A stretch of DNA of 64,000 nt from a virus (taxonomy: Duplodnaviria; Caudoviricetes), in IMG/VR virus record IMGVR_UViG_3300005683_000011, positions 1,578 to 65,577 of that record; one strand, given 5' to 3'. Shown here one piece after another: positions 19,552 through 28,865 of this stretch; within the stretch, counting starts at the first letter, position 1, and the number at the start of each line of letters is the position of its first letter. The notes beneath the pieces are model-generated. The model searched no databases and was not told the DNA's origin. It saw nothing but the letters and a program-made list of their open reading frames with translations. The translations under genes and the position numbers were made by a program.

Positions 19552-20510
19552 TACGCTCCTCCCTCTCGTAGCATGTCGGCCAGTGAACTTGCACCCATGT
19601 ATCCAGCGCCCAGGCCACCGGCAATTCCTGAGCCTTTCAAGGCTGCTGGTGCCCATTCGTAGGCTGTACCAACCGCTGGGTTGAGCCTCTTGAAGGCATC
19701 GACGAAACCCGCGCGACCTTCCAGCGACGGGCTGAACAGGAAGTGCCCAGCCCCCTTCAGCTGGTTCATCAGGCCACGGTTCTCCAGCCCATACGCCAAC
19801 GCTTCATCAGCGACCTGGCCAACGCCTGCTCTGAAGCTAGGGATGATGTTGCCAGCCTCATCGAGCGTCCCACGCTTCAGCGCGCCAACCGCCCTGATTG
19901 GCAGAGGCAGCCCTTGGCCCGCGCCCTGACGAGCCTGATCGACGAGACCGTGTACAGCCTCATGACGCCACACATGCGGCCCCGTCCCAGCGCGCGTCGT
20001 AGCCACGTTCATGCCAGGGAAGTTCAAGCCGCCCTGGATGCCAGCCGTCGTGGGGTCAGCCATGAGCATCGACGCTGCCTGAGCGTACTCCTTCGTCGCA
20101 GGAGAACCGCCGACGATCTGCGATGCCCTGCCAGCGTCGTCAACACCGTGAGCCATCGAGAACCCGCTGCGTGCCCCTCTTAGGCCACCAAGCTGCGATG
20201 CAGCCTTGCCGGCCCCGCCCAGCGCCTGTTTGGCCAACCAGCCGCCAGCATACGTCAGCGGGTCTGTGGCAGCCTCCAGAGCCATGCCGCCAGCGAAGTT
20301 CCCCCAGTTGTCTTCAGGCCCAGCCGCACCCCACTGGCGAAGGAGATCGCGCCCGCTCGTTCGCTGCGAAGGGTCCGTCAACCCAAGCGTGTCCGAGAAC
20401 GGAACGAGGTTCATCAACTGATCCGGGCGACCAGCGAGCAGCCCGCGCACCGCAGCGCCAGGCTTGCCGAGTGATTCGCCAACCCAGCCTAGTGCGTCGA
20501 GGAGTCCCAT
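19551..20510 (-). CDS. Ejection-type protein with a zincin (HExxH) metallopeptidase domain
   Basis: HEAVH followed by DEALAY; N-terminal module nearly identical to that of the 1-2143 protein. Confidence 0.7.
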   Translation of the reverse strand: MGLLDALGWVGESLGKPGAAVRGLLAGRPDQLMNLVPFSDTLGLTDPSQRTSGRDLLRQWGAAGPEDNWGNFAGGMALEAATDPLTYAGGWLAKQALGGAGKAASQLGGLRGARSGFSMAHGVDDAGRASQIVGGSPATKEYAQAASMLMADPTTAGIQGGLNFPGMNVATTRAGTGPHVWRHEAVHGLVDQARQGAGQGLPLPIRAVGALKRGTLDEAGNIIPSFRAGVGQVADEALAYGLENRGLMNQLKGAGHFLFSPSLEGRAGFVDAFKRLNPAVGTAYEWAPAALKGSGIAGGLGAGYMGASSLADMLREGGA

Positions 20511-21205
20511 TACAGTCGCCTCCGGTTCGTTGCCCTAACGAGCAGGTTCGCGATGGATTGGTCGGATTCCTTCCAACTTTCCACATTGAACCGCAAGTGC
20601 TTCAGCCGCTCAATGGCACAGGGGAAGGTGCATTGATACCCAGGATAGGGTAGCGTCTGATGGCATTCTAGCAGAATCTCCCTCGCGTTTACCAGCTTCT
20701 CTGACTCGTACAGGATCGGCCACTCCGACCCTTCAATGTCGATCTTCAGAAGGCGGAATGGCTCATCCGGTAGGATGCTGTCAATAGCTACAGCCTTCCT
20801 TTGATCCGGTCGCAGCTTATGGACATCGCCAGCCGTGTTCGTGTCCACCCTGAAGCAGCTTGTGTTGAACCTTTCTTTTGACAGAAAGTTGACGTTCATC
20901 TCCTTGTGCATGACGATCCCGCGAATCTGCTTAGATCTGCGTGGGTACAGTTTTAGGTTCTTAGTGAGGTAGCGGAAGTTGTCAGCATCCGGTTCCCAAC
21001 ACTCAACGTACCCTGCACCGCGAGCCAAGCAGGCTAGGGCGAAGCACCCTATGTTTGCCCCCAGATCGATGATGGTGTCCTCAGCCTTGAACTTGTTAGG
21101 CAGGTGATACTCGTTGGCGATCATCACGTTTGCGAACGTGTGGAAATCCATCGAGTTCGGGCGGAACACAAAATCGGTGTCTGGCATCAGCAAAGTCTTC
21201 GGCAT
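20510..21205 (-). CDS. FkbM-family SAM-dependent methyltransferase
   Basis: IIDLGANIG.F, WEPD and LLKIDIEGSE motifs. Confidence 0.9.
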   Translation of the reverse strand: MPKTLLMPDTDFVFRPNSMDFHTFANVMIANEYHLPNKFKAEDTIIDLGANIGCFALACLARGAGYVECWEPDADNFRYLTKNLKLYPRRSKQIRGIVMHKEMNVNFLSKERFNTSCFRVDTNTAGDVHKLRPDQRKAVAIDSILPDEPFRLLKIDIEGSEWPILYESEKLVNAREILLECHQTLPYPGYQCTFPCAIERLKHLRFNVESWKESDQSIANLLVRATNRRRL

Positions 21206-21214
21206 CCCTTCTCC

Positions 21215-23170
21215 TTACATTGGTGCCGCTTCAGGCGGCGGTCCTTCTGGTGGAGCCTCGCCCTCTGGTGGCATGGGCGGAGGAGGCGGAGGCGGAGGCT
21301 GCAACAGGTACGATTCGGCGTGCAGGTCGATCGACTTTGCCCAGTCCGTGATGAGCGCGTTGATCGGGTTCACATCGCCCGTCGTTTGAGCGTAGCCAAA
21401 CAGAGGCTGGAACAGGTTCTGCACCGCCTGCTGCATATTCTCCGCTTCCTGAGCCTTGTTCGGCTTGCGGGCGGAGTTTGCCTCGATGCGATACTCCAGC
21501 GAGTACAGGATCGATGATGGGTCAGAGTCAACCATCAAGGCATCCCACATCTGAGCGCCCGTTGGCCCCAGCGGCTTCTCGACATCCACCCCAGTGAGGT
21601 GCCAGCGGGAAGCGAACGCCTCCTTGCGGGCAGATTCAGTCATGGCGTCCTCAGCGGAGTTTGCCATGTCATCGGGACGCACGTTGATCGCATCGCTCTT
21701 GATCTGCGCCTCCTGCGCGGATCGCATCTGCCTCGCCGACATGCCGTACATCAGTTCCGTCAAACCAACGCGACGATCGAACTGCTCTGTGACGGCAGCG
21801 ATCACCTTGTAGATTTCCGGGTTGAACCCAGGATGCTGAAGGAACTGAACCACCTTATCGATCGAGCCTTGGATGTTCTGGATCTCGATGACCGTGTAGT
21901 CGGCCCCGTGCTTGATCTTGTTCTTGATCTCCTCGCCAGCTGACTGAGCGATTGCCAGGAAGTCGCGCGAGGCGATACGGACCTTGGCCGCAAGGAAGGA
22001 CCAGGCCCAGTTCAGGAACAGCAACTCACCCATGCCAGGCTTCAGGTGCGACAGTGGCCACAGCTGGCGAGGCTTGAAGTGGAAGGCGAACATCGTGAAG
22101 GGCCAAGTGTTGTCGGCCCAGAACGGAGTCTCCCACTGCAACCTCTGCTGGATCGCGGGCAGCAGCTGCTGGAGCATCATCGGATCGTCAGCGTTGAACG
22201 CATCGCACAGCGGCGGCGGAAGGTTCAGCGGGTACGGAACGCCATCAGCGACGACGAGGTAGACGTAGTTGCCCACCATATCGTACATCTGCTTCAGGTT
22301 TTCCGGGACGCCGTGAAGCCGACCACCCATACCCATCTTGCTGTAGATTTTGTAGTAGACGAGCAGGTCGGCTGTTCGCCCCTGCTTGCGTCTGTACTCC
22401 TCATCCGGCGAGGAGTTCACGGAAGCTGTCGCCGTATAGCTCTCCATCCCCGTCGTTGCTTTGAGCGTTCCGGGGGCCAAGCCATACTTCTGCTCCACCT
22501 CCCACACGGGATGGCAGCAACGCCGCGCGACCCACTTCACATCGGTCATCACCTCAGCGTCGGGGTCCATCTGGAGGTTGTCAACCGTGTCGAAGAAGCT
22601 ACCGATCCACTTCTGCGTGGAGCCTGCCGGGCTGTGTACCTCCGTCCAGAGCAGGCCGGCTCCCTTGATGAGAGCCTCCGTCATAGCCCACCGGCTGTGC
22701 GTCTTGAGGTTCAGCGCGGTCGGCGTGTAGTTGAGGTACTTCTCCATCAGCTGGGCGCGGGCGACATCCTGCTCAGCCATCTGTGAGAACTGAGCCATGT
22801 ACATCTGCGCAGCCTGAGCCGCCATCGGATCGTTTTGCACGTCGCCGAACATCGACTGAGGCGGCTGCACGATCTCGCGCGGGTTCACGCGACGGATTGG
22901 GTTGCGATGGTAGATCGCTGGGCCAAACAGCTGAACAAGCTCAGCCGTTTTGTTGATGGTGATGCGAACGCTGGGAGCCTTCATTTCCATGTCGTCAACA
23001 TCGAAACTCTGGCCAGCGCCACCGCGAGGCTTGTAGAGCCAGTCATACGGACCATCGAGCATCCGCATGCACTCATCAGCCGAGTCTTGGAATGACTTCT
23101 TCTTGCATTCCCAGGCCAGCTGAATCTTGGCAAGCCATTGCGACACCAGTGGCTTCAGTGAATCACCCAT
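21215..23170 (-). CDS. Portal protein
   Basis: 651 aa helical protein downstream of TerL, with Pro-rich C-terminal tail and Q-rich barrel region. Confidence 0.8.
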   Translation of the reverse strand: MGDSLKPLVSQWLAKIQLAWECKKKSFQDSADECMRMLDGPYDWLYKPRGGAGQSFDVDDMEMKAPSVRITINKTAELVQLFGPAIYHRNPIRRVNPREIVQPPQSMFGDVQNDPMAAQAAQMYMAQFSQMAEQDVARAQLMEKYLNYTPTALNLKTHSRWAMTEALIKGAGLLWTEVHSPAGSTQKWIGSFFDTVDNLQMDPDAEVMTDVKWVARRCCHPVWEVEQKYGLAPGTLKATTGMESYTATASVNSSPDEEYRRKQGRTADLLVYYKIYSKMGMGGRLHGVPENLKQMYDMVGNYVYLVVADGVPYPLNLPPPLCDAFNADDPMMLQQLLPAIQQRLQWETPFWADNTWPFTMFAFHFKPRQLWPLSHLKPGMGELLFLNWAWSFLAAKVRIASRDFLAIAQSAGEEIKNKIKHGADYTVIEIQNIQGSIDKVVQFLQHPGFNPEIYKVIAAVTEQFDRRVGLTELMYGMSARQMRSAQEAQIKSDAINVRPDDMANSAEDAMTESARKEAFASRWHLTGVDVEKPLGPTGAQMWDALMVDSDPSSILYSLEYRIEANSARKPNKAQEAENMQQAVQNLFQPLFGYAQTTGDVNPINALITDWAKSIDLHAESYLLQPPPPPPPPMPPEGEAPPEGPPPEAAPM

Positions 23171-23185
23171 CGCAACCCCTCCATG

Positions 23186-23494
23186 TTAGCCAGCCACGGC
23201 AACCGGCTCTTCTTTGGCGACCGGCGAATCCTTCTTCTCGCCGAAGTGCCCATCGTAGTCATCGATCAGCTTCAGCTGGCGGCGAAGCAGCTTGGCCTCG
23301 TCGTTCAGCTTGCCCAGCTGCGAAGTGACCTTGCCAGTGACGGGCAGGAGAGCGTACTCTTCCTCCGTCGAAGGAGTGATGGCAGCGTGGTAGTCCGCCG
23401 ACACCTTCACCTGGCGCTTCAGCACCTTGGTGATCTCCTTGTTCTTGTCCAAGGCACGCTCGATGACATCGCGGTCAGGAACAGGCTTGCTCAC
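23186..23494 (-). CDS. Hypothetical coiled-coil protein
   Basis: Coupled ORF between TerL and portal. Confidence 0.55.
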   Translation of the reverse strand: MSKPVPDRDVIERALDKNKEITKVLKRQVKVSADYHAAITPSTEEEYALLPVTGKVTSQLGKLNDEAKLLRRQLKLIDDYDGHFGEKKDSPVAKEEPVAVAG

Positions 23495-23817
23495 GATAAT
23501 ACCTCCAAGAGACGTTTTGTGCGAGGCGTATGGTCCCAGCCACCAGCCTCGCGGGTTTCGATCCGGCGGCAGTACGGATCGGTGATGTGGTGAACGCCAT
23601 CCAAGATCCGGAACGTCTTGATGTCCGGGCCGAGGATGTTCAGGGTCAAAGCACGCAACCCCAATGCCGTCACCACTGCCGGGTGCGGCGGTGCATCGAT
23701 GTCCCCATCAGGGAACCAGAGAACGATGTCACCAATCTCAGCCGTCTTCAGCGCAGCCAGCGCCTCAGCGACCTTCGACTGGTCCGACGAACGAAGCTGC
23801 TCGACGAGTGTACTCAC
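23491..23817 (-). CDS. Hypothetical protein (SH3-like pattern)
   Basis: IGDIV.W.P...PA.VT..G.W motif; coupled overlaps. Confidence 0.55.
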   Translation of the reverse strand: MSTLVEQLRSSDQSKVAEALAALKTAEIGDIVLWFPDGDIDAPPHPAVVTALGLRALTLNILGPDIKTFRILDGVHHITDPYCRRIETREAGGWDHTPRTKRLLEVLS

Positions 23818-24287
23818 CGTGAGACTCCTTCAGGTAAGAGAATGCGTGGCTGCTGGTCCGCTCTCGCGATAAACCAGTCATACCACATCTGCTCCGACTC
23901 GCCCGGTGAGGACAATTCGTCGCAGTCCATGATAGTGAAGATGTGACGGGTTACTGCCTGCCACATCAGCTTCAGGTTCGCAGGCATGAATTGATCCCAC
24001 ACCTGCTGCGCCTGCTCAGCCTCCTCGTAGTTGCACGTCAGCTTGAACATCTCGAACGCCACCTCAACGAGTGGTCGCCCCTCAAGGGACTCCATCCTCT
24101 TTGGCGCGCGAGATGCCAACGTCAACCACGGCGCTTGCTTGTCCCAAGCCAGCCCGGCCCAGTCAGGCACCGGGATCGGCTCTGCCAAGTTCTCAGCGTC
24201 TTGCTGCTGCTTCTGGCCAATCCTCGCTACAAGGCTGTAGAGCGACTGTGCCAGTTCCTGGGTTCCGACAGAAATGCCTTCGGACAT
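23814..24287 (-). CDS. Hypothetical protein
   Basis: 157 aa; TAATG coupling to TerL. Confidence 0.6.
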   Translation of the reverse strand: MSEGISVGTQELAQSLYSLVARIGQKQQQDAENLAEPIPVPDWAGLAWDKQAPWLTLASRAPKRMESLEGRPLVEVAFEMFKLTCNYEEAEQAQQVWDQFMPANLKLMWQAVTRHIFTIMDCDELSSPGESEQMWYDWFIARADQQPRILLPEGVSR

Positions 24288-26140
24288 TAGAAGAACTTGC
24301 CTCCTGGGCCAAGGTGAACAATACCTTCGCCACCTTCACGCTCAGCACGCCGCTTCATCTTCTCGCGGTAGTGCTTCATCGATCCGCCAAGGTCAGGCTT
24401 CTGGGATGGCGGCTTCACATAGCGAGGCTCATGCAACGCCATGTACCGCAGGCAGTCCATCAAGTGGTTGTCCTTGCGATTATCCGGGCGCTCTTGGACA
24501 ACCCCGTTTACCCGCTTCCTGTGGTATCGCTTGATCTCATGCTCGAAGTTGGCGAGGATACTTCGTGAGTTTGATCCCACCTCACACATGACACGCAGCT
24601 TGGGTTTACCGTTCTCCCTGATGCGGAGCATGTTTTGCACGGACAGCACGCCTGCGTCGATGTCATCGTTGGCGAAAAGGAATCCGTGGCCCGTCTGGAT
24701 ACTCTTCACGCCTGCGATGGCCAACGCCTCCGTGTATTGCTGAAGTACCGTTTTACCAATACCCATCTCTGTTTGCAATGCCATGTGCGCATCAATGATG
24801 AACGCCTGGATTGTTCTACCCTCACAGAATCGTTTCATCGCTTCTGCAAAGATGTGAGCGTTAGCTTCGCGCAGGTACAACTCACCAAACAAGACGGTGC
24901 ATTGATCCTCGAACTCAGGAGGAGGTACAGCAGCGAACAGCGCCGCCGCCGTCCTGTGGCCTGGGTCGATGTAGCCGTAGATCGACCAGTTGTTCGGCAT
25001 GTCAAAGTACGGCATCCCGTGCGTCAGCATGTTGAAGGTTGGGTACACCTTGTACGACGTGAGCGCGAACTCACCACCGACGCGGACCCTACGCTCCTCG
25101 TCGCTCAAGTCTGAGGCAAAATTCTTCTTCGCCGTCTCGCTCATGTACTTGTTGTCAGCCATCAGGATGACAAACTCGCTAATTCGACGATCCTTCTCCT
25201 CAAGTGTAGCCCTCTCCTTTTCGGCACGCTCATGCAACTCGTACAGTTGATCCGTGCCCGCTTGAGGCGTTGCGCTCCAGATGCCCTTGCCCTTGCGATC
25301 AACCGACCGCGCGGCCATTTCCGTGTACCACGACGGATCGATGATTTCCTCGTCGAACCAGAAGAGATCGCACGGGAAACCTTGCGGAGGCTTTCCACCG
25401 GAGGTAAAGAACAGAAGCTCCCATCCAGTCGTCAACCGGATGACGCTGGGCACGTTCTCCTTCTTGTTCGTCCAGGCTATCTCGCTGATGTACCGCTGCG
25501 GGATCAGCGGCGGGGCCGGCTTCGTCTCTCCCTCGCGCGCGGCGTCTTCCTTGATCCACGGCTTCCACGCTCGCCAGCGCCCTGTCTCCTTGTCGCGGAT
25601 GATGCGGAACCCCTGCTGAGGGCGGAACAGCTTGTCGTACATGACGATGCCGATGTGGCGTTCGTCCTTGCCGACAAGGACCGCCGTCCCATCGCGCCTT
25701 GGGAACTTCTCGAAGGGATCTTGGCCCGTCACCGCCATGGCCACTTCCATTGCAGCCGATAGCGTCTTCCCTGATCGATTGGAGCCGCGCAGGAGGCGGT
25801 AGGCAGACTGGCATCGGTGGAACCGCATCTGCTCAGGGAGAGGCTCGTAGAGGCGTACAGACTCGATCCGGCGCTTGGCCAGTTCGTTCATGAGAACGTG
25901 CGCGCGGGCAAGCTGAGCAGCCGAGACGTACTGATCGTTGAACGTCGCGGTCACGTCGATTGTGGTGTGCTTCTGCTCGACGCGAATAGTCGGGTCGCCG
26001 ATCCGTGGATCTGCCACGGGGATCGTGCCCTGGAGTTGGTCGAGAGAGATGGGATCTGGGTAGTACGGCTTCGCGTCAGGATCAGCCTTCAGGCGTTCCA
26101 TCAGGTCCGGGGGTACTGCCGGCTTCTTCTTCCTTGGCAT
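24287..26140 (-). CDS. terL: Terminase large subunit
   Basis: Walker A GSNRSGKT, Walker B FWFDEE, motif C SATP, and RNase H-type nuclease motifs YIDPG and HLMDCLRY. Confidence 0.95.
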   Translation of the reverse strand: MPRKKKPAVPPDLMERLKADPDAKPYYPDPISLDQLQGTIPVADPRIGDPTIRVEQKHTTIDVTATFNDQYVSAAQLARAHVLMNELAKRRIESVRLYEPLPEQMRFHRCQSAYRLLRGSNRSGKTLSAAMEVAMAVTGQDPFEKFPRRDGTAVLVGKDERHIGIVMYDKLFRPQQGFRIIRDKETGRWRAWKPWIKEDAAREGETKPAPPLIPQRYISEIAWTNKKENVPSVIRLTTGWELLFFTSGGKPPQGFPCDLFWFDEEIIDPSWYTEMAARSVDRKGKGIWSATPQAGTDQLYELHERAEKERATLEEKDRRISEFVILMADNKYMSETAKKNFASDLSDEERRVRVGGEFALTSYKVYPTFNMLTHGMPYFDMPNNWSIYGYIDPGHRTAAALFAAVPPPEFEDQCTVLFGELYLREANAHIFAEAMKRFCEGRTIQAFIIDAHMALQTEMGIGKTVLQQYTEALAIAGVKSIQTGHGFLFANDDIDAGVLSVQNMLRIRENGKPKLRVMCEVGSNSRSILANFEHEIKRYHRKRVNGVVQERPDNRKDNHLMDCLRYMALHEPRYVKPPSQKPDLGGSMKHYREKMKRRAEREGGEGIVHLGPGGKFF

Positions 26141-26453
26141 CTGGCATCTCCTTCAGCAGACGCTGTAGCTCCGCTTCCAGGTCATCGTCAGCGATGAGAT
26201 CGATCTCCTCGCTATGACCAACCTGCGATGACGCAATGGTCATCATACGAAGCACGGAGTCAAGCAACCGCTGACGGATAGCGCTCCCTGGTCGCGCGTT
26301 GACGAACTCCTCCAGCATCATCTTGGCTAGAACTTGAGGACCGCCCGCAAGAGCCATGAAGTGCGACACCAGTTCCACCATTGCGGGGATCTGGATGTTC
26401 GCACTTCGGATGGCTTTGCGAACGTGTGCCGGAATTGCTTTGCTTTTCGGCAT
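26082..26453 (-). CDS. Probable terminase small subunit
   Basis: Small helical protein directly upstream of TerL; ends in .DDDLEAEL.RL. Confidence 0.55.
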   Translation of the reverse strand: MPKSKAIPAHVRKAIRSANIQIPAMVELVSHFMALAGGPQVLAKMMLEEFVNARPGSAIRQRLLDSVLRMMTIASSQVGHSEEIDLIADDDLEAELQRLLKEMPDAKEEEAGSTPGPDGTPEG

Positions 26454-26483
26454 GTGCTACAGACCGTAGCTTGTTGATTAGCC

Positions 26484-26978
26484 TCAGCACCCGCTGCCGC
26501 TGGAGCGGACAGGCGCGCTGTAGGTCGGGGCCGGAACGAAGGTTGACTGCTCCCACCGTCGCGTCCCTTCCGGGATCACTTCGGTGTGCGGGATAGGCGT
26601 CCAGGTTTGCACCGGCTGGTGGACCGGGATCTGCTGAACGGGAGCATAATGGATGCGTTGGCTGTACTTGGCCAACTCCTGGGGAGTTGCCTCGCTGACC
26701 GGCTTCCACCAGTAGCGACCCTCAGCATTCCATCGCCAGCCGTTCTCGCTGGACGCGATAACTTTGCCGACGTTTTGGGCACATCGGCAAACCTCCCCGT
26801 TACGGCAACCGCAGTTGCAGTTCGGGATGCCGCAAGCTCCCACAACCGGCTTGGCCACGGGAGCAGAACGCTGCGAAGCGGACGCCAGGGCAAGGGCAGC
26901 CTTGACCCTGGCGCGATCGCAAGCGCCCGGTTCCGCAGGAGCCGTCAGGGCAACCGACAGAACGAGCGTAGTGAACAT
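26484..26978 (-). CDS. Exported Cys-rich protein
   Basis: Signal peptide MFTTLVLSVALTAPA; CGIPNCNCGCRNGEVCRC cluster; W-rich segment. Confidence 0.65.
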   Translation of the reverse strand: MFTTLVLSVALTAPAEPGACDRARVKAALALASASQRSAPVAKPVVGACGIPNCNCGCRNGEVCRCAQNVGKVIASSENGWRWNAEGRYWWKPVSEATPQELAKYSQRIHYAPVQQIPVHQPVQTWTPIPHTEVIPEGTRRWEQSTFVPAPTYSAPVRSSGSGC

Positions 26979-26982
26979 CAGC

Positions 26983-27273
26983 TTACTCCTTATCGTCGCA
27001 GAGATCACACTCGCCACCGTCGCACTTTTGGTGCTGTAGGTGGAGCAGATGGGTCAGCGACTCGATCTGCGCCTTGATAGCCTCGTCAAGGCAACAGTGA
27101 TCGGCGGTGCCAGCGCCGAACAGTTGAGGTTTGGAAAACGCTTCGACAAGCCGCTTGATGAGATCAGCGACTTCCGGGGCGAACTGCTGAACGAGCCGAA
27201 GGTACTTCAGCAGATCAACGAACGACAGGCCGCTCAGGTTTTCAGGAGCGGCACCGACTGCTTCATCAGACAT
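26983..27273 (-). CDS. Hypothetical protein (lysis region)
   Basis: Start MSDEA with AGGAGG RBS; Cys/His-rich C-terminus. Confidence 0.55.
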   Translation of the reverse strand: MSDEAVGAAPENLSGLSFVDLLKYLRLVQQFAPEVADLIKRLVEAFSKPQLFGAGTADHCCLDEAIKAQIESLTHLLHLQHQKCDGGECDLCDDKE

Positions 27274-27350
27274 CACACACCTCCTACGAGAAGCACGCTT
27301 TATTTGACCAGCAGGCGTGCAAACAGCTGTACACAGCAACGGGTAGGGTA

Positions 27351-27620
27351 TTATCGGTCGAGTTCAAAGTGTTCGCGAAGCGCCTCGATCAGCGCCTCCG
27401 CCTTCTCATCGGAAGTCTCGCGCAGGGCGACGGCTTCCGTCTCGACAGCGTCTTCGTGAGTCTGAGCAGCCACGACTGCCTCTTGGGCAGCGACATGCTC
27501 GACTTCCTTCGCCTTGGCAGCCGCGAGGGCGACATCCGCCTCATCGATGGCCGCAACCAGTGCAGCGGGTAGAGCCATGACACGTCTCCTGAAAGGGTTT
27601 AGGAAATTCCAGAAACGCAT
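27351..27620 (-). CDS. Ala/Glu coiled-coil protein (lysis region)
   Basis: Start at MRFW or MALP, both with RBS-like purines. Confidence 0.55.
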   Translation of the reverse strand: MRFWNFLNPFRRRVMALPAALVAAIDEADVALAAAKAKEVEHVAAQEAVVAAQTHEDAVETEAVALRETSDEKAEALIEALREHFELDR

Positions 27621-27634
27621 CTTACCACACCTCC

Positions 27635-28624
27635 TTACCAACTCCAAGGCTTGTAGTCGCTCGCCCAGCCCGCGAACGCCGTAACCCCTGTGCTGGTACG
27701 TTGTCCCAGCATTCGGTTCACCGTTCGCTCTTCCACGCCGAAGACGTAGTCAGGGCAGTTCTCAAGCGTTGGACCGTCCGGGACATTCTGGCCCCACGAC
27801 TGACCGCAGCCCAGAACGCGCCGACCAGAGGGTAGCTTGTGAACCGAGGCGAAGTACATGTAGTGCATCCACTCGCCTTGAGGTTGACAGACACCTTCGC
27901 GATCCCGCTCCATCGTGAAGCCTTGATCGCTGGCGACCATCACCACGCCACCGCTCGCGATCACGTCGGCTGCCGTCTGGAAGTCATAGCACGGAGCCAT
28001 ATCGACAATCAAGTTGTCGATGCCCAGTTCCATGATGTTGCGCGGGATTCCGCTGCGATCCCAGGAGGAAGCGACATTGTCGCTATCGTAGCGCTCGTTG
28101 GTCCCCGTCTCATCGATGTGGACGGCACCGTACTTCTTGCACCAGTCGAGCGGGTAGGGCGGGATGACGCCTTCGCCGCGACCCCGGTGCCCGCCAATCT
28201 CACGCGCACCGACGTAGCACCATGCGCGACTGACGCGCTTGAACACGTCGCTTCGCTTACCGCTGGCGATCTGAAGGCACTGCATGACGTTCAGGCCACC
28301 AGACGTTGCCGCGCCGCCGCAGCTGCCGATCTTCTGCGCCTGGGCCTCCAAGAACTGGCCTAGCACGCTCTTCGTGGCCAGCCAGCCCGAGACGTTCGTG
28401 ACGCCATCCCACGCACCACGGATCTGCGGGGCGACGGAGTACACCGGCTCACCCGTCACCTTGGGAACCTCGTCGATGTGACGTGCCAACTCACCAGCGG
28501 AGTCAGCCAGGCCGAAGTTCCATGCCGTACTCTGCGGGTTGCCAGCCTGGAACGTGCCGCTGCTACTGTTCAGCGGGACACCACCGGCGGCGATGAGTCG
28601 ATTGTACAGTTCGGTATTCGTCAT
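27635..28624 (-). CDS. Papain-like C1 cysteine peptidase
   Basis: Q...GSC nucleophile motif, HYM histidine, and QSWG where NSWG is usual. Confidence 0.8.
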   Translation of the reverse strand: MTNTELYNRLIAAGGVPLNSSSGTFQAGNPQSTAWNFGLADSAGELARHIDEVPKVTGEPVYSVAPQIRGAWDGVTNVSGWLATKSVLGQFLEAQAQKIGSCGGAATSGGLNVMQCLQIASGKRSDVFKRVSRAWCYVGAREIGGHRGRGEGVIPPYPLDWCKKYGAVHIDETGTNERYDSDNVASSWDRSGIPRNIMELGIDNLIVDMAPCYDFQTAADVIASGGVVMVASDQGFTMERDREGVCQPQGEWMHYMYFASVHKLPSGRRVLGCGQSWGQNVPDGPTLENCPDYVFGVEERTVNRMLGQRTSTGVTAFAGWASDYKPWSW

Positions 28625-28758
28625 GGATTTACTCCATAGAGGATTGCCAATCCCGACAGCACGCCAAGGGCGAGCATCAGGATGTAGAACACGATATCCT
28701 CAGCCTTGCAAAGGAATGTGAGGAACGGGCTGACTTCGTCACCGTCTGGATCGCCCAT
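28621..28758 (-). CDS. 45-aa single-TM peptide
   Basis: Hand translation: MGDPDGDEVSPFLTFLCKAEDIVFYILMLALGVLSGLAILYGVNP; coupled at both ends. Confidence 0.6.
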   Translation of the reverse strand: MGDPDGDEVSPFLTFLCKAEDIVFYILMLALGVLSGLAILYGVNP

Positions 28759-28853
28759 TACAGCAACCTCCTACCGATCACGTCGCGGATGACTTGCCTC
28801 ATCACCCACAGACAGCCAGCGACAGCGACAGCGACACCCATCAAGAAGTACAC
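28758..28853 (-). CDS. 31-aa single-TM peptide
   Basis: GTG start; MYFLMGVAVAVAGCLWVMRQVIRDVIGRRLL; TAATG coupling. Confidence 0.5.
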   Translation of the reverse strand: MYFLMGVAVAVAGCLWVMRQVIRDVIGRRLL

Positions 28854-28865
28854 GATACACACGAT

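Noticed and set aside
21325-21350. GCAGGTCGATCGACTTTGC, partly similar to the 26-bp palindrome
   Set aside because: It lies inside the portal gene, is imperfect, and is plausible by chance in GC-rich DNA.
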